64,000 bases of DNA. Source: Candidatus Woesearchaeota archaeon. GTDB lineage: Archaea > Nanobdellota > Nanobdellia > Woesearchaeales > GW2011-AR9. A model generated the notes under the pieces. It searched no databases and had not been told where the DNA came from. It saw only the letters and a program-made list of their open reading frames with translations. Position numbers and translations under genes: made by a program. Shown here piece by piece: positions 18,685 to 27,849 of this stretch. The stretch spans positions 1,081,733-1,145,732 of the forward strand of contig JBAYIU010000001.1 in the NCBI GenBank assembly GCA_041665465.1, written 5' to 3'. Position 1 is the first letter of the stretch. Every line of letters begins with the position of its first letter.

Positions 18685-18715
18685 GTCACTTAAAAGTGAC
18701 AAAAGGTTTATAAAG
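18685..18715 (+). promoter_or_regulatory. Hairpin (GTCACTTAAAAGTGAC) followed by a TATA box (GTTTATAAAG) about 22 nt before the 18737 start
   Basis: Perfect 6-bp stem at 18685-18700 and TATA at 18706-18715. This is a leaderless-type spacing. Confidence 0.45.
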
Positions 18716-18736
18716 TTGAGTCTATTTTAAACTAGT

Positions 18737-20575
18737 ATGGGATTAGCTGATAGATTCATAGAAGCAAGAGAAGCTTTTGAACTGGCTTATGATAGAGTTG
18801 CTAATGACCATTCTCGCTCATTACTGGATCCTCTGGTTCTTCCAGAGGTAGAACAATACTTGCCTGTACTTGCCGAAGCGGTTCGTGAAGCAAGTCTTCT
18901 TTCTCCACTTGAGATAGGAGAACTCATTTTTCATCCTAAAAAGGCTCAACGAGGTATGGGTACTGCAGAATGTCTTCTATTTGATTATCAGCTTGCTGCT
19001 GAAGGGTTTGGTTTGGCCAATGTAGAAAGAACATTGGGAGAATTTGCAGAATTAAGTGACTTCATGAGTTTAGTTATTGCGAAATTATCTACTTCTCCTG
19101 ATCTTCCTGCTGTTGAGAGAATATCTCTTATTGGTGGTTCAAAAAGAATAAAGTTGGTTCAAGGGACATCTGAAGTCAAAGGTGACAGTGCTGCTCAGAC
19201 CTATCTTGCTCGGGAAAGAGAAGCTCACTGTTTAGTCTTTCAAGGAGATGCCCCTCAACAAGTTCACAATGAAGTTACTGATTTACTTCTAGCTAGATTT
19301 GGTCCTCATAGTCCTTACTTTAAGAAAACAGGTAGATACATCCGGCCATATCATGTTGATGCTAAATCTGGTTTGGCAACCATTGCTCAACTTGATTCTG
19401 TTCCTGAGGTTCATAATATTGGTAATTTATCTGTAGCCCCTGCCTACTTTAGGGTAGGGGGAATGTTTATTGATTATCAAGATCTAGATGTGGTGATTGG
19501 TGAGCTTAAATCCTTTGGGTATAGTGTTAGTCCAGGTAGTTCTAATTCCTCTCTTACTGATCGTTTATTATCCGCAGGAGTACCTGAACCATTGGTTGAA
19601 CCATTAATCCAAAGTGTTAATGCCCAGATCGATCGACTAGATCATATCGTTACGGATACTATGACTGGGATTATGGGTCATGGTTGCGTAGGAAGATACG
19701 TTTCTTCAGAAGGAACGTATTGGTTTAAGATAGATACTAATTATTCTGCAGCGTATAAGTCTTCTCAGATTCCTGCGTTAATTCATGCTCGAGCAGAAGC
19801 AGGTAGTGAATTAGCCCAAGCCCTAGCTAGAAGAATTCCTTGCACTTTATCTGGTCTTCCGATTCAAGTAGGAGATTATCATGTTACTTTTTCTCGAGAT
19901 GCGAACGAAATGATGGTTCAGCCAGATTTAGTAGAAAGATCTATCCTGTCTGTAGAATTAGGGAGAGGAATAGGTCCCGAGATGCTTCAAAGGATTTATA
20001 CTACTGCATTATATCATGAAGTTTCTACTGATCTTAGTAAGGATAATCCTGATCCTTTGTTAAGCTCGGAAATTTTCCCCACCAATTTAGATCGGGAACA
20101 ATTGATAGCTCGTTTTAATGGAAGATTTACAGATTTTTCTTCTTTATTCAACAGAACTATTGATGGGGGCTATGAAGAAGGACGTGCTAGGTTATTAGAA
20201 CATCAACTTTCTGGGTCAATTCAAGGTATCTATGACAACAAACCTGAGAACTATGTGGGGGCTTGTTGTGTTGATCTTGGAATATCCAAACAAGGGGACG
20301 AAGTAGATGATTTAGCTAGATTGATGTTAGGAAAGGAAGAATTTGTGAAAAATCCCATTCTCTTAAATAATTATGTTGGTGCTTATATCAGAATTCGTCA
20401 AGGAATTCAGAAGAAATATCGTGGAGAAGCAACGTATCATCCTAGTGAAGAATTGTCTGAATTAGTTAGTCTACAATTACAATATGGTACTTGGAGAATG
20501 ATGGGATGGAGTGTAGTAAGGGGAGATGAAGAAGGATTAACTAAATATTTGCGATGTGCTCAAGAGTTTGTCTGA
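18737..20575 (+). CDS. Large hypothetical protein (612 aa)
   Basis: Long ORF with consistent coding potential and elevated GC (about 42%). No motif recognised. Confidence 0.5.
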   Translation: MGLADRFIEAREAFELAYDRVANDHSRSLLDPLVLPEVEQYLPVLAEAVREASLLSPLEIGELIFHPKKAQRGMGTAECLLFDYQLAAEGFGLANVERTLGEFAELSDFMSLVIAKLSTSPDLPAVERISLIGGSKRIKLVQGTSEVKGDSAAQTYLAREREAHCLVFQGDAPQQVHNEVTDLLLARFGPHSPYFKKTGRYIRPYHVDAKSGLATIAQLDSVPEVHNIGNLSVAPAYFRVGGMFIDYQDLDVVIGELKSFGYSVSPGSSNSSLTDRLLSAGVPEPLVEPLIQSVNAQIDRLDHIVTDTMTGIMGHGCVGRYVSSEGTYWFKIDTNYSAAYKSSQIPALIHARAEAGSELAQALARRIPCTLSGLPIQVGDYHVTFSRDANEMMVQPDLVERSILSVELGRGIGPEMLQRIYTTALYHEVSTDLSKDNPDPLLSSEIFPTNLDREQLIARFNGRFTDFSSLFNRTIDGGYEEGRARLLEHQLSGSIQGIYDNKPENYVGACCVDLGISKQGDEVDDLARLMLGKEEFVKNPILLNNYVGAYIRIRQGIQKKYRGEATYHPSEELSELVSLQLQYGTWRMMGWSVVRGDEEGLTKYLRCAQEFV

Positions 20576-21489
20576 GAAAAGTTTATTGCAAATAATGGCA
20601 CAGTAGTAAGATAAATCGTTCGAGCTAACTCTCCACAATAATATAAAATTAGGTTTTCTTCCCCTTTTGATTTTTTAAGAAGAAGAAATATTTCCCCATA
20701 AAGGAGATGTTTATTATTGTCATTTACTTGTTCTATTATCTTAAGATCTTTCTTTGAAAAACCTTCATATAGTAGTTCAAAACTGGCTTTAATCTCGGTA
20801 AATAATTTCAAGGTGCTGTTAGAAAAAACTGGCTTATTCTTTCCTTGCATTACTTCGTAAAGATGCAATAAACTATGTTGTGTTAGCAACAATCGTGTGT
20901 ATAATTCCCAGTAGGAGTTTATTCTCTCTTCTACAAATCTTCTTTTGGAGATATTTCTATTGCAAAAGTTAGAGTAACGATCAACATTTTTACTATTTTG
21001 TATTAAATGAGACAAATGAGAAAAATCCTTGTTCTTAAAATCGTTTTCTAATTGCTCAAAAGAGTTCTTAATAATTAGAAAGATTCGGCGCAGAAGTACT
21101 TCTTGCTTCTCCTCACTTGGTTCAGTTACGTTTTCCAAGATTAAGTAATTGGGGCTTTCTTCCACAATTTCAAACCCTAACAATCTTGCTTCTACTGTGT
21201 TCTTAATCAAATTTTTCTGTTTAGGGATGTTAAAAAATACTTTTATTCGGTCAAAGCCAGTACGATAAAGGACATTCAGATTACTGCGAATAATCTGTTC
21301 ACTTTCAGTAGATATCTTTAGGACAGAACTCTTCTTCTCACCTTTTGATTCGGTGCTGATGATAACTTTATTTTCTATTTCTTCTATATCTACTTCTTTT
21401 CCTGCCTTCAATCCGTTGAGTTTGGTCCATTTAGCGGGAAGAGTTAAAGTTAAAGCGTTATCCCCCTGCTTGATCAGTTTTCTACGCAT
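20560..21489 (-). CDS. AbrB-N/PhoU-like regulator (paralog 2 of 4)
   Basis: MRRKLIKQGDNALTLTLPAKWTKLNGLKAGKEVDIE at the N-terminus. Aligns with the other three paralogs. Confidence 0.65.
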   Translation of the reverse strand: MRRKLIKQGDNALTLTLPAKWTKLNGLKAGKEVDIEEIENKVIISTESKGEKKSSVLKISTESEQIIRSNLNVLYRTGFDRIKVFFNIPKQKNLIKNTVEARLLGFEIVEESPNYLILENVTEPSEEKQEVLLRRIFLIIKNSFEQLENDFKNKDFSHLSHLIQNSKNVDRYSNFCNRNISKRRFVEERINSYWELYTRLLLTQHSLLHLYEVMQGKNKPVFSNSTLKLFTEIKASFELLYEGFSKKDLKIIEQVNDNNKHLLYGEIFLLLKKSKGEENLILYYCGELARTIYLTTVPLFAINFSQTNS

Positions 21490-21528
21490 ATGTATTGAAT
21501 GTGGGGGTTTATTTTTAAACTTTTCTTA

Positions 21529-21575
21529 AACTTATATTACTTATATTTAAAATATAAGTTAAATATAAGTAGTTA
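21529..21575. promoter_or_regulatory. Composite palindromic operator-like element in a divergent promoter region
   Basis: aACTTATATTACTTATATTTaaAATATAAGTtAAATATAAGTag. Two direct copies of ACTTATATT face two copies of the reverse complement AATATAAGT. Confidence 0.45.
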
Positions 21576-21625
21576 CCGGTGTTGTCACTTATTAATAACA
21601 ATGAAGAAGATGAGGTAAAACAAAA

Positions 21626-21892
21626 ATGGTCACGGAAAGTTTAGATTTTGAACGAAATATTGGGTCTTTAGAGAGAGCCCTAAAATTACTCACAAAAGCG
21701 TACCTCTTAAGTGGAGCGATTGTAAGAGAAGAACAAGATCAAAGTAGAATTATTGCCTATACCAATGCGGCTTTATATTCTCTTGGTGTTGAACCCCGGG
21801 TTGATTTTTCAGAATGTCCTGATAGGTATACACCAAAAAATATTGCCGAACTAAGAAAGAAGACTCGGGAAGCATACCCTCACTTCTGCTAA
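21626..21892 (+). CDS. Hypothetical protein, first gene of a five-gene operon
   Basis: 88-aa ORF. Genes 21626-24918 are tightly spaced or overlapping (stop/start overlaps at 22653/22656, 23147/23150, 24103/24106). Confidence 0.35.
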   Translation: MVTESLDFERNIGSLERALKLLTKAYLLSGAIVREEQDQSRIIAYTNAALYSLGVEPRVDFSECPDRYTPKNIAELRKKTREAYPHFC

Positions 21893-21894
21893 AT

Positions 21895-22656
21895 ATGTTG
21901 AAAAATGGGGTTAATCTTGTCTGGAGAATAAAAATGAATCATCAATCAAATTTAGGATTAACTGCTTTGGTTGCTGGAGCTCTGGCTTTAATGAGTGCTT
22001 GTAATTCTGGAGTATCTAAAGAGGAAGAAAATAGATTATTACAACTAGAGAGACAAAAGCAAGTAGAAATACAAGAAGAGATGGCTAAACCTCTCTGTCC
22101 GGAAATACCTCTTTACTTAGCAAGAGAAAGCTCTCGATATGGGGCATTAGCAAAAGAATTTATCTTGACGTGTAATGATGTTGGTGGCCAGGGGGATTAT
22201 GGTCTTTTTGTTGAAGTAAAGAAAAATCTTTACAAAAATATGGAACAACAGAGGAAAGCTACCATTAAAGATTTGGTCTCTAAAGGAGTTATGTCTGAGA
22301 ATGGTACACTAAAATGTAGGTTTCCACAACCCGATTTGAATCAGTTAAGATCTGCCTATGATTCACTTTTTGAGAAAGAAGTAACTCCTATTTGGAGATG
22401 TCATACCAATAAAGGAAATATTCCAATGTGTGATTACATTGGATGTGCTGTTTTTACTGACAAGTATGGGGAAGAAAACTTTCAAAGAGGGAAATTTTGT
22501 AGTCCCACTGAAGCTGTAAGGGTGGAAAAAGATCAAATTGAAAGATATCTAATGCAAGAGAAAGGGGCTTGTCAACATGTGGATTATAATTATTTTGATC
22601 CGATCAGTGGGCAATGGTTCAATACTAAAACTGGAGTGATGAGGGACAAAAAATGA
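21895..22656 (+). CDS. Putative lipoprotein, Cys-rich
   Basis: Signal peptide ending in the lipobox-like LMSAC (likely start at the Met of MNHQSNLG at 21934). Several conserved Cys. Confidence 0.45.
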   Translation: MLKNGVNLVWRIKMNHQSNLGLTALVAGALALMSACNSGVSKEEENRLLQLERQKQVEIQEEMAKPLCPEIPLYLARESSRYGALAKEFILTCNDVGGQGDYGLFVEVKKNLYKNMEQQRKATIKDLVSKGVMSENGTLKCRFPQPDLNQLRSAYDSLFEKEVTPIWRCHTNKGNIPMCDYIGCAVFTDKYGEENFQRGKFCSPTEAVRVEKDQIERYLMQEKGACQHVDYNYFDPISGQWFNTKTGVMRDKK

Positions 22657-23150
22657 AACTATCTTATCTTATCTTAGCTTTGGGTTTAGCTACAGCTGGT
22701 GCTTGTACCTCTGAACAAGACAGAGCTAATCAAACTCGTTATAAAGCAGAAATTATTGCTTTATATGATCAACTAGAAGAGAAAGTTGCTAAAGCTCAGA
22801 ATCAATTAGCAATTGGCTCTATCGATCCTCTAAACAATGAGTATAAAGTGATTGAATGTTACAGAGTTTGGAGAGATTATCACTTTTCTACTAAGGAGGC
22901 CGGAGAACACAATTGGAAATATTGTTTATCTATCACTGAAGATGGAAAATATGATTGGGGGGCTTGTATTGATGACGCGGTGAATGAAATCTCTGAATCT
23001 AATCTTGATCCAAATCTATTGAAGGTTGGGGTGAAAAGTTCCTTTGAGAAACATTGTCGAGAACAAATAACCCTAGCTGATGAATTCATCTATTGTGCTG
23101 ATCATCTTAAACCTGAACCAGGTGTTGAAATTGAGGTAAATGAAATATGA
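22653..23150 (+). CDS. Putative lipoprotein
   Basis: MKLSYLILALGLATAGAC, a signal peptide with lipobox. Confidence 0.5.
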   Translation: MKLSYLILALGLATAGACTSEQDRANQTRYKAEIIALYDQLEEKVAKAQNQLAIGSIDPLNNEYKVIECYRVWRDYHFSTKEAGEHNWKYCLSITEDGKYDWGACIDDAVNEISESNLDPNLLKVGVKSSFEKHCREQITLADEFIYCADHLKPEPGVEIEVNEI

Positions 23151-24103
23151 TAAATGATAATTTAGAGATAATTGTAGAAAGAAGAGAAATTCGTCCAGAA
23201 AGAGATATTGTTGTCAAACAACTTGGGGTAGATTTCATAGATCAAGGAATCAATCGCGGATTTTTCGGATGGATAAGAGCTCGGATTGATCACTATTTAG
23301 ATTCAGAGAGTCGAACCTTAGCAGTTAGGAAGGAAGAATTCTTCCGAGATTATGCTACTACCTACACTACTTTATTTGGAAATGGGAATGATTGGGATTC
23401 TCTTCGAAGTATGGATCAAACTAAGATTGATGATACTCCTCAAGCAAGTTCCTTTTCTGGTTTAAGTCAGAAACATCGTGATGCGATTATTATTGATAAG
23501 ATAGTTAACGTCCTGGAAACCACCGAAGATCAGTTTGTGGCTGGATTATTCCGTGGATATTTGAGTCATGACTTAATGTGTTCAGATGCAGTTCATCAAT
23601 TGATTATGGGGTACGAACCGGGACAAGAATTCTCTTGGAGATCTAAACCTCGTCGTGAGATTACTCTTCATCAAGAAGGGGAATATTCCGAAAAGGTCAT
23701 CTGCAGATCAGAAGAAACGAAACGATTAACTCGAGATTATCCTATTGAAGATACTTTCGGAGAAGCTAGAGAGTATTTTGCTACTTGTAACAGAGCCATG
23801 GAACTCGCTCGACATTATCTCCGTTCTCCTGCTCAATGTACTGAAGCGGAAATGGGCGTTCTTGCTCCTTTCGCGGCTATCGCTGCTCGTGATGGAGAAT
23901 GGCGCGGTATTGAGTTAGAATGGAATGGCACAATTCTCGATTTCCAACAACATTTAGATGGAAATATGTTGGGAAGATTAGGTGAGGGAATCAAGAGATT
24001 ACAAGAAGCAAATATCGTTGACCTTCAGTATCATCAGGACAAAGTATATCTCTTGCCCACTGAAGGATTCATCCAATTGACTAGAGAGAGGTTGGGAAGA
24101 TAA
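23147..24103 (+). CDS. Hypothetical protein (318 aa)
   Basis: GC-rich (about 48-50%) ORF with no recognised motif. Translationally coupled on both sides. Confidence 0.5.
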   Translation: MINDNLEIIVERREIRPERDIVVKQLGVDFIDQGINRGFFGWIRARIDHYLDSESRTLAVRKEEFFRDYATTYTTLFGNGNDWDSLRSMDQTKIDDTPQASSFSGLSQKHRDAIIIDKIVNVLETTEDQFVAGLFRGYLSHDLMCSDAVHQLIMGYEPGQEFSWRSKPRREITLHQEGEYSEKVICRSEETKRLTRDYPIEDTFGEAREYFATCNRAMELARHYLRSPAQCTEAEMGVLAPFAAIAARDGEWRGIELEWNGTILDFQQHLDGNMLGRLGEGIKRLQEANIVDLQYHQDKVYLLPTEGFIQLTRERLGR

Positions 24104-24105
24104 GA

Positions 24106-24918
24106 ATGAAAAATCCAATAAATCTACTAAGGGGTTTAACTCAATCAGAAGAATTAAAATGGCAGGAAGCTTATGGTTTAATCTTAGCACGGGCGGAGGA
24201 GAAGACCAACCTTAAAGCATTAAGAACTGGAATTTATCGAGATCTTCAAGCACAAAAAATTCCTCCCAATGTCACAATGTCAACAAGAAGACATCCGGTA
24301 GACTATCTCTTACAGGCGCGTCTAGTCTTAGGCTCATGGCCGGATGCATTTTTATCCTATCTTTCTCCTAGTACTTGGACCTCTAGTGGTGGATCTTTTA
24401 AACTGGCAGAAGAGAGACTGGGTTACGATTTAGTAAACATTCTGCTGGAAAAAGAGAAAAAGCAAGGTCAATCCTCTATATTAGAAGTGGGTGCGGGATA
24501 TGCCGGATTTAAATCACAACCTGCTCAAGGGATGTGTAAATTATCTCACGTAGCGAATGACAAAATGGGCAATACCATTAATGCTTATTTCACTAACCTT
24601 TCTAGATGGCATGAACAACTCCCGAATGGAGTAGAAGAATTTCCCGGTGTTACTGCTAGTACCTTAGATTGTCTAAGCGGAAGAATATCTCCCTTAGATA
24701 TTATTTATTCTCAATGGGGAGCTTTTTATGATCCTCTAATTGATCGATTCATTCCTAGTGCGAGTGGTTTATTGAAATCAGATGGTTTGTTAATTTTTAA
24801 TCATTCTACTTTCTATGAGGGAGAGATCTTAAATGAAGCCAAAAAAAATCTTCTTTCCTTAGAAAAGAAAGTAGAGCTTCATCCTGGGAATAATATCTAT
24901 GCTTTTCGTAAAGCCTAA
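24106..24918 (+). CDS. Putative class I SAM-dependent methyltransferase
   Basis: ILEVGAGYAGF resembles motif I (E/D-x-G-x-G-x-G) in a Rossmann-like context. Weak evidence. Confidence 0.4.
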   Translation: MKNPINLLRGLTQSEELKWQEAYGLILARAEEKTNLKALRTGIYRDLQAQKIPPNVTMSTRRHPVDYLLQARLVLGSWPDAFLSYLSPSTWTSSGGSFKLAEERLGYDLVNILLEKEKKQGQSSILEVGAGYAGFKSQPAQGMCKLSHVANDKMGNTINAYFTNLSRWHEQLPNGVEEFPGVTASTLDCLSGRISPLDIIYSQWGAFYDPLIDRFIPSASGLLKSDGLLIFNHSTFYEGEILNEAKKNLLSLEKKVELHPGNNIYAFRKA

Positions 24919-24939
24919 ATAAACTTAATTTGTTACTTT

Positions 24940-25860
24940 TTATTTTTCTTCTTCTAGCATCTTTAATTGTAATAAAGAATGATTAAACATGGCAATAGTT
25001 CTAGCCACTTCAAATAGATAACACATCGCTAGTGGATTTAGCCCTTGTAATTTGTTTATTCGTTGATTAGTTATCTTTTCCATCTCATTTGCAAGGATGC
25101 CCGTTCTTTCTAATTCTGCAGGATTGTTTGCTTTAAAATAAGCTAGATACATCTGATCAAACATTTTGGTAAATTCTTCCATAAACGGAAGAATCTTCTG
25201 TTTTTGGTTTTTGGGGAGGTTAATGGTTGCTTGAACTAAACTAAACAGTTCTCTTTGGATTACGTAACAATCGCGATACTCCTGCCATTTAAATGGACTA
25301 TTCTTTAAGGGGTAATTAGAATAATTACTTCTAAGAATTGAATCACACTGAACCATACTCTTATTCAGGTTTGCAATACTTTTGAGGTTTTTAGAATCTT
25401 TTTTAAGCAGTTCTATCACTTCCAAAAATGTTTCTTTAACCAGATGAAAAGATCTTTTTTCTACAGTATTTATCTCGCTAGGGAAAGGGATTAAATTAGC
25501 TAGAATACAACAATTATTCTTTGTTTCTCTGATCTCATACCCATAAACATAATTATCTACCACTTCTCGAATATTTTTGAGGAATTGATCCTTTTCTTTC
25601 TCTTTAAAGAACAAGGTAAAACGGTCGCAACCCAAACGAATCAGAGAAAACATAATTCCTCGGATATTTCCAATATCTGAGTATTCTAGAGTTACACTGC
25701 GTTCTTTAGCTGGTCTTTTGTAATCTTCTGCTTGAATAATCAGCTGATTTTGTTCTTCTTCAATCTTAACTTCTTTACTCCCCAGCTTATTGCGGTCTAC
25801 CCAGTATTTAGGTACTGTCAGCAAATAAGAACCTTTATTGAAGACTAATTTTCTATGCAT
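24940..25860 (-). CDS. AbrB-N/PhoU-like regulator (paralog 3 of 4)
   Basis: MHRKLVFNKGSYLLTVPKYWVDRNKLGSKEVKIEEE at the N-terminus. Same architecture as the other paralogs. Confidence 0.65.
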   Translation of the reverse strand: MHRKLVFNKGSYLLTVPKYWVDRNKLGSKEVKIEEEQNQLIIQAEDYKRPAKERSVTLEYSDIGNIRGIMFSLIRLGCDRFTLFFKEKEKDQFLKNIREVVDNYVYGYEIRETKNNCCILANLIPFPSEINTVEKRSFHLVKETFLEVIELLKKDSKNLKSIANLNKSMVQCDSILRSNYSNYPLKNSPFKWQEYRDCYVIQRELFSLVQATINLPKNQKQKILPFMEEFTKMFDQMYLAYFKANNPAELERTGILANEMEKITNQRINKLQGLNPLAMCYLFEVARTIAMFNHSLLQLKMLEEEK

Positions 25861-25883
25861 TCTTTCTTTAATCTTAAGTTTCT

Positions 25884-25917
25884 ATATAAACCTTCCCTAG
25901 GGAAGATAGGGGAGAAG
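25884..25917 (+). promoter_or_regulatory. TATA-like element (TATATAAA) followed by the motif CCCTAGGGAAGATAGGGGAGAAG, which recurs at 27755-27777
   Basis: A near-identical motif, CCCTAGGGAAACTAGGGGGGAG, lies upstream of the 27850 gene. Both sit 50-100 nt before a + strand start. Confidence 0.45.
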
Positions 25918-25947
25918 TCTATAACAATTTTATTGTTTTAATCTCTC

Positions 25948-26754
25948 TTGGTGGTAGTGGGGGTTTTAAAAATGGCGTGGTTTATGAGACATAAGATACC
26001 TTATTTGGGTAAAGGAGATATACAACAGCAATATGATCATGAGAACAACCAAGTCTCTAATACTTTGTGTTATGGGGGAGTTTTTCTTAATCTTACTGGG
26101 GAAGAAAAGAATCGGGAAGAAGCAAGATGTTTTATCGGATTAGATGGTTTTTGGTTTTATGGGCACAAAGCTATAACTGCCTATCCTACTATTGATGCTG
26201 GGATAATGGTGGTTAAATATCGTGCTCTTGAAGAGGTTTCTCCTGACCAAGTAAATCATTTCTTAAAAAGAGAGTTCACTAATTGTGATGGTCCGGAGCG
26301 TGATGTTGGTTTAGAGATGGATATCTTTAAAGATCAAAGACTAGTCGTTAAACCAAAGGAAATGGCTCGTTATCATGATGAACTTAGAGAATGGCTCGAG
26401 GTATTGAATACTCATTATGCTCGACCTCATGCAGTTATGGTGGTTATGGCTATGAAACAGGAACTTCGTTCCTTGCCGGTGTTGGCTTTGGGTAATCGGT
26501 TGAATTATTCTGGACAAGAACGTGAAAAGAGAGGTGAACATGGAGCAAACCTATTCCCTCGGCCCACAGACATTCCTCTTCGAGATCGAGAGTTTGCTAA
26601 AGAATATCTTAAAGAATGCACTCCCGAAAACTATGAAGTGATTCAAGCAGCAAAAGCACATGGAATTAAAGAAGTGCGGCCGGTTCTAGACGAACTTGCT
26701 CGAGCTAAAGAGAAATTTGTGGAATCTTGGAGTTTGGACGGAAGGTTGTGGTAA
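25948..26754 (+). CDS. Hypothetical protein (268 aa)
   Basis: ORF with elevated GC. The true start may be the internal MAWFMRHK. No motif recognised. Confidence 0.45.
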   Translation: MVVVGVLKMAWFMRHKIPYLGKGDIQQQYDHENNQVSNTLCYGGVFLNLTGEEKNREEARCFIGLDGFWFYGHKAITAYPTIDAGIMVVKYRALEEVSPDQVNHFLKREFTNCDGPERDVGLEMDIFKDQRLVVKPKEMARYHDELREWLEVLNTHYARPHAVMVVMAMKQELRSLPVLALGNRLNYSGQEREKRGEHGANLFPRPTDIPLRDREFAKEYLKECTPENYEVIQAAKAHGIKEVRPVLDELARAKEKFVESWSLDGRLW

Positions 26755-26761
26755 AATGGCA

Positions 26762-27211
26762 TTAAGTTATCACAAATTCTGTTTTTATTTGTTTTAAAGA
26801 AGTGATGTCCTTAATGTGGGCCACTCCTTTACGGGCAACGACTCGTTTTAAGAATTCATAATATTGATCGACGTCTTTAGTTCTTACTTTAACGATAAGT
26901 TCACAATCTCCCATACAAACATCTACACTTTCCACTTCGGGGTGTTTAGCTATCTCTCTGCCAATCCTCTCTGGATTATCATATTCTTGTTCTGAGAGGT
27001 GAATCAGGACAAAACAGCAAAAACCTTCCTCTATTTTCTTGTAGTCAAAAATGGCTTTATATGTTCTTATAATCCCCTCTCGTTCCAATTTGTGAATATT
27101 ATAATGAATGGTGGTGGTGGGTTCTTTGATTTTTTTAGCAATCCTAGCCAACTGTGGAGTACAATAGTCCTCTTTAAGGAGAGGAATTAGCTTTGCTTGG
27201 ATATCTTTCAT
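26762..27211 (-). CDS. Lrp/AsnC-family transcriptional regulator (single-unit, 149 aa)
   Basis: HTH_AsnC (TPQLARIAKKIKEPTTTIHYNIHKLEREGII) plus a RAM domain. Confidence 0.7.
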   Translation of the reverse strand: MKDIQAKLIPLLKEDYCTPQLARIAKKIKEPTTTIHYNIHKLEREGIIRTYKAIFDYKKIEEGFCCFVLIHLSEQEYDNPERIGREIAKHPEVESVDVCMGDCELIVKVRTKDVDQYYEFLKRVVARKGVAHIKDITSLKQIKTEFVIT

Positions 27212-27213
27212 GA

Positions 27214-27273
27214 GATTATTGAATAATATTCAATTTTTTATAAAACTTTCGCATGATTATTGAATATTATTCC
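27214..27273. promoter_or_regulatory. Two direct copies of a near-palindromic box (GATTATTGAATA(A)TATT) upstream of the Lrp gene; candidate Lrp autoregulatory operator
   Basis: 27214-27234 and 27255-27273, each containing ATTGAATA/TATTCAAT symmetry. The TATA-like element TTTTTTATAAAAC lies between them. Confidence 0.4.
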
Positions 27274-27334
27274 GATATACTTATAATGATGTTACCCCTC
27301 CTAAAGGGTATCAAAAACAAAAGGGGGGAATAAA

Positions 27335-27685
27335 ATGACTGATTTAAGAGGAAAAGTAAGGGAAGTAGTAATAGGAAAAAGTGGAGGCGAATTAGTCGCA
27401 AGATTAAATGATGGCCAAGAAGTGGTCCTACTTAGAGCACCACATGGACATTATTTTGGTAGTGTACTTAGTGAGCCACAATTATGTGGGGATATCGTGA
27501 GATACACTAGAACTGATCACATTAGTGCTAGGGGAGATTATGGGAGTATTAGTAGAGATGAGGTAATGTCCTGTACTGTTGACCTGCGCGGAACAGCCCT
27601 TATTGAAAATGAAGGCGATAATCATAAATATGATTCTGTCAACCGTTCATGTCCTCGTACTCCTACACGATCATTTAGTTGGTAA
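27335..27685 (+). CDS. Hypothetical protein (116 aa)
   Basis: Strong RBS-like AAAAGGGGGGAATAAAATG. GC about 45%. Confidence 0.4.
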   Translation: MTDLRGKVREVVIGKSGGELVARLNDGQEVVLLRAPHGHYFGSVLSEPQLCGDIVRYTRTDHISARGDYGSISRDEVMSCTVDLRGTALIENEGDNHKYDSVNRSCPRTPTRSFSW

Positions 27686-27849
27686 TTAAAGAATCGTTGG
27701 GGGTATAAGGTAATTTCCTTTATCTTACTTTATTTTCTCTCTGGAGGGAGTTATCCCTAGGGAAACTAGGGGGGAGTTTAAAATAAACTTCTCTCTATTT
27801 TAGCTTAAATAGTTGGTTTTGGTGTTTTATAAATGTGGAGTGATCAATA

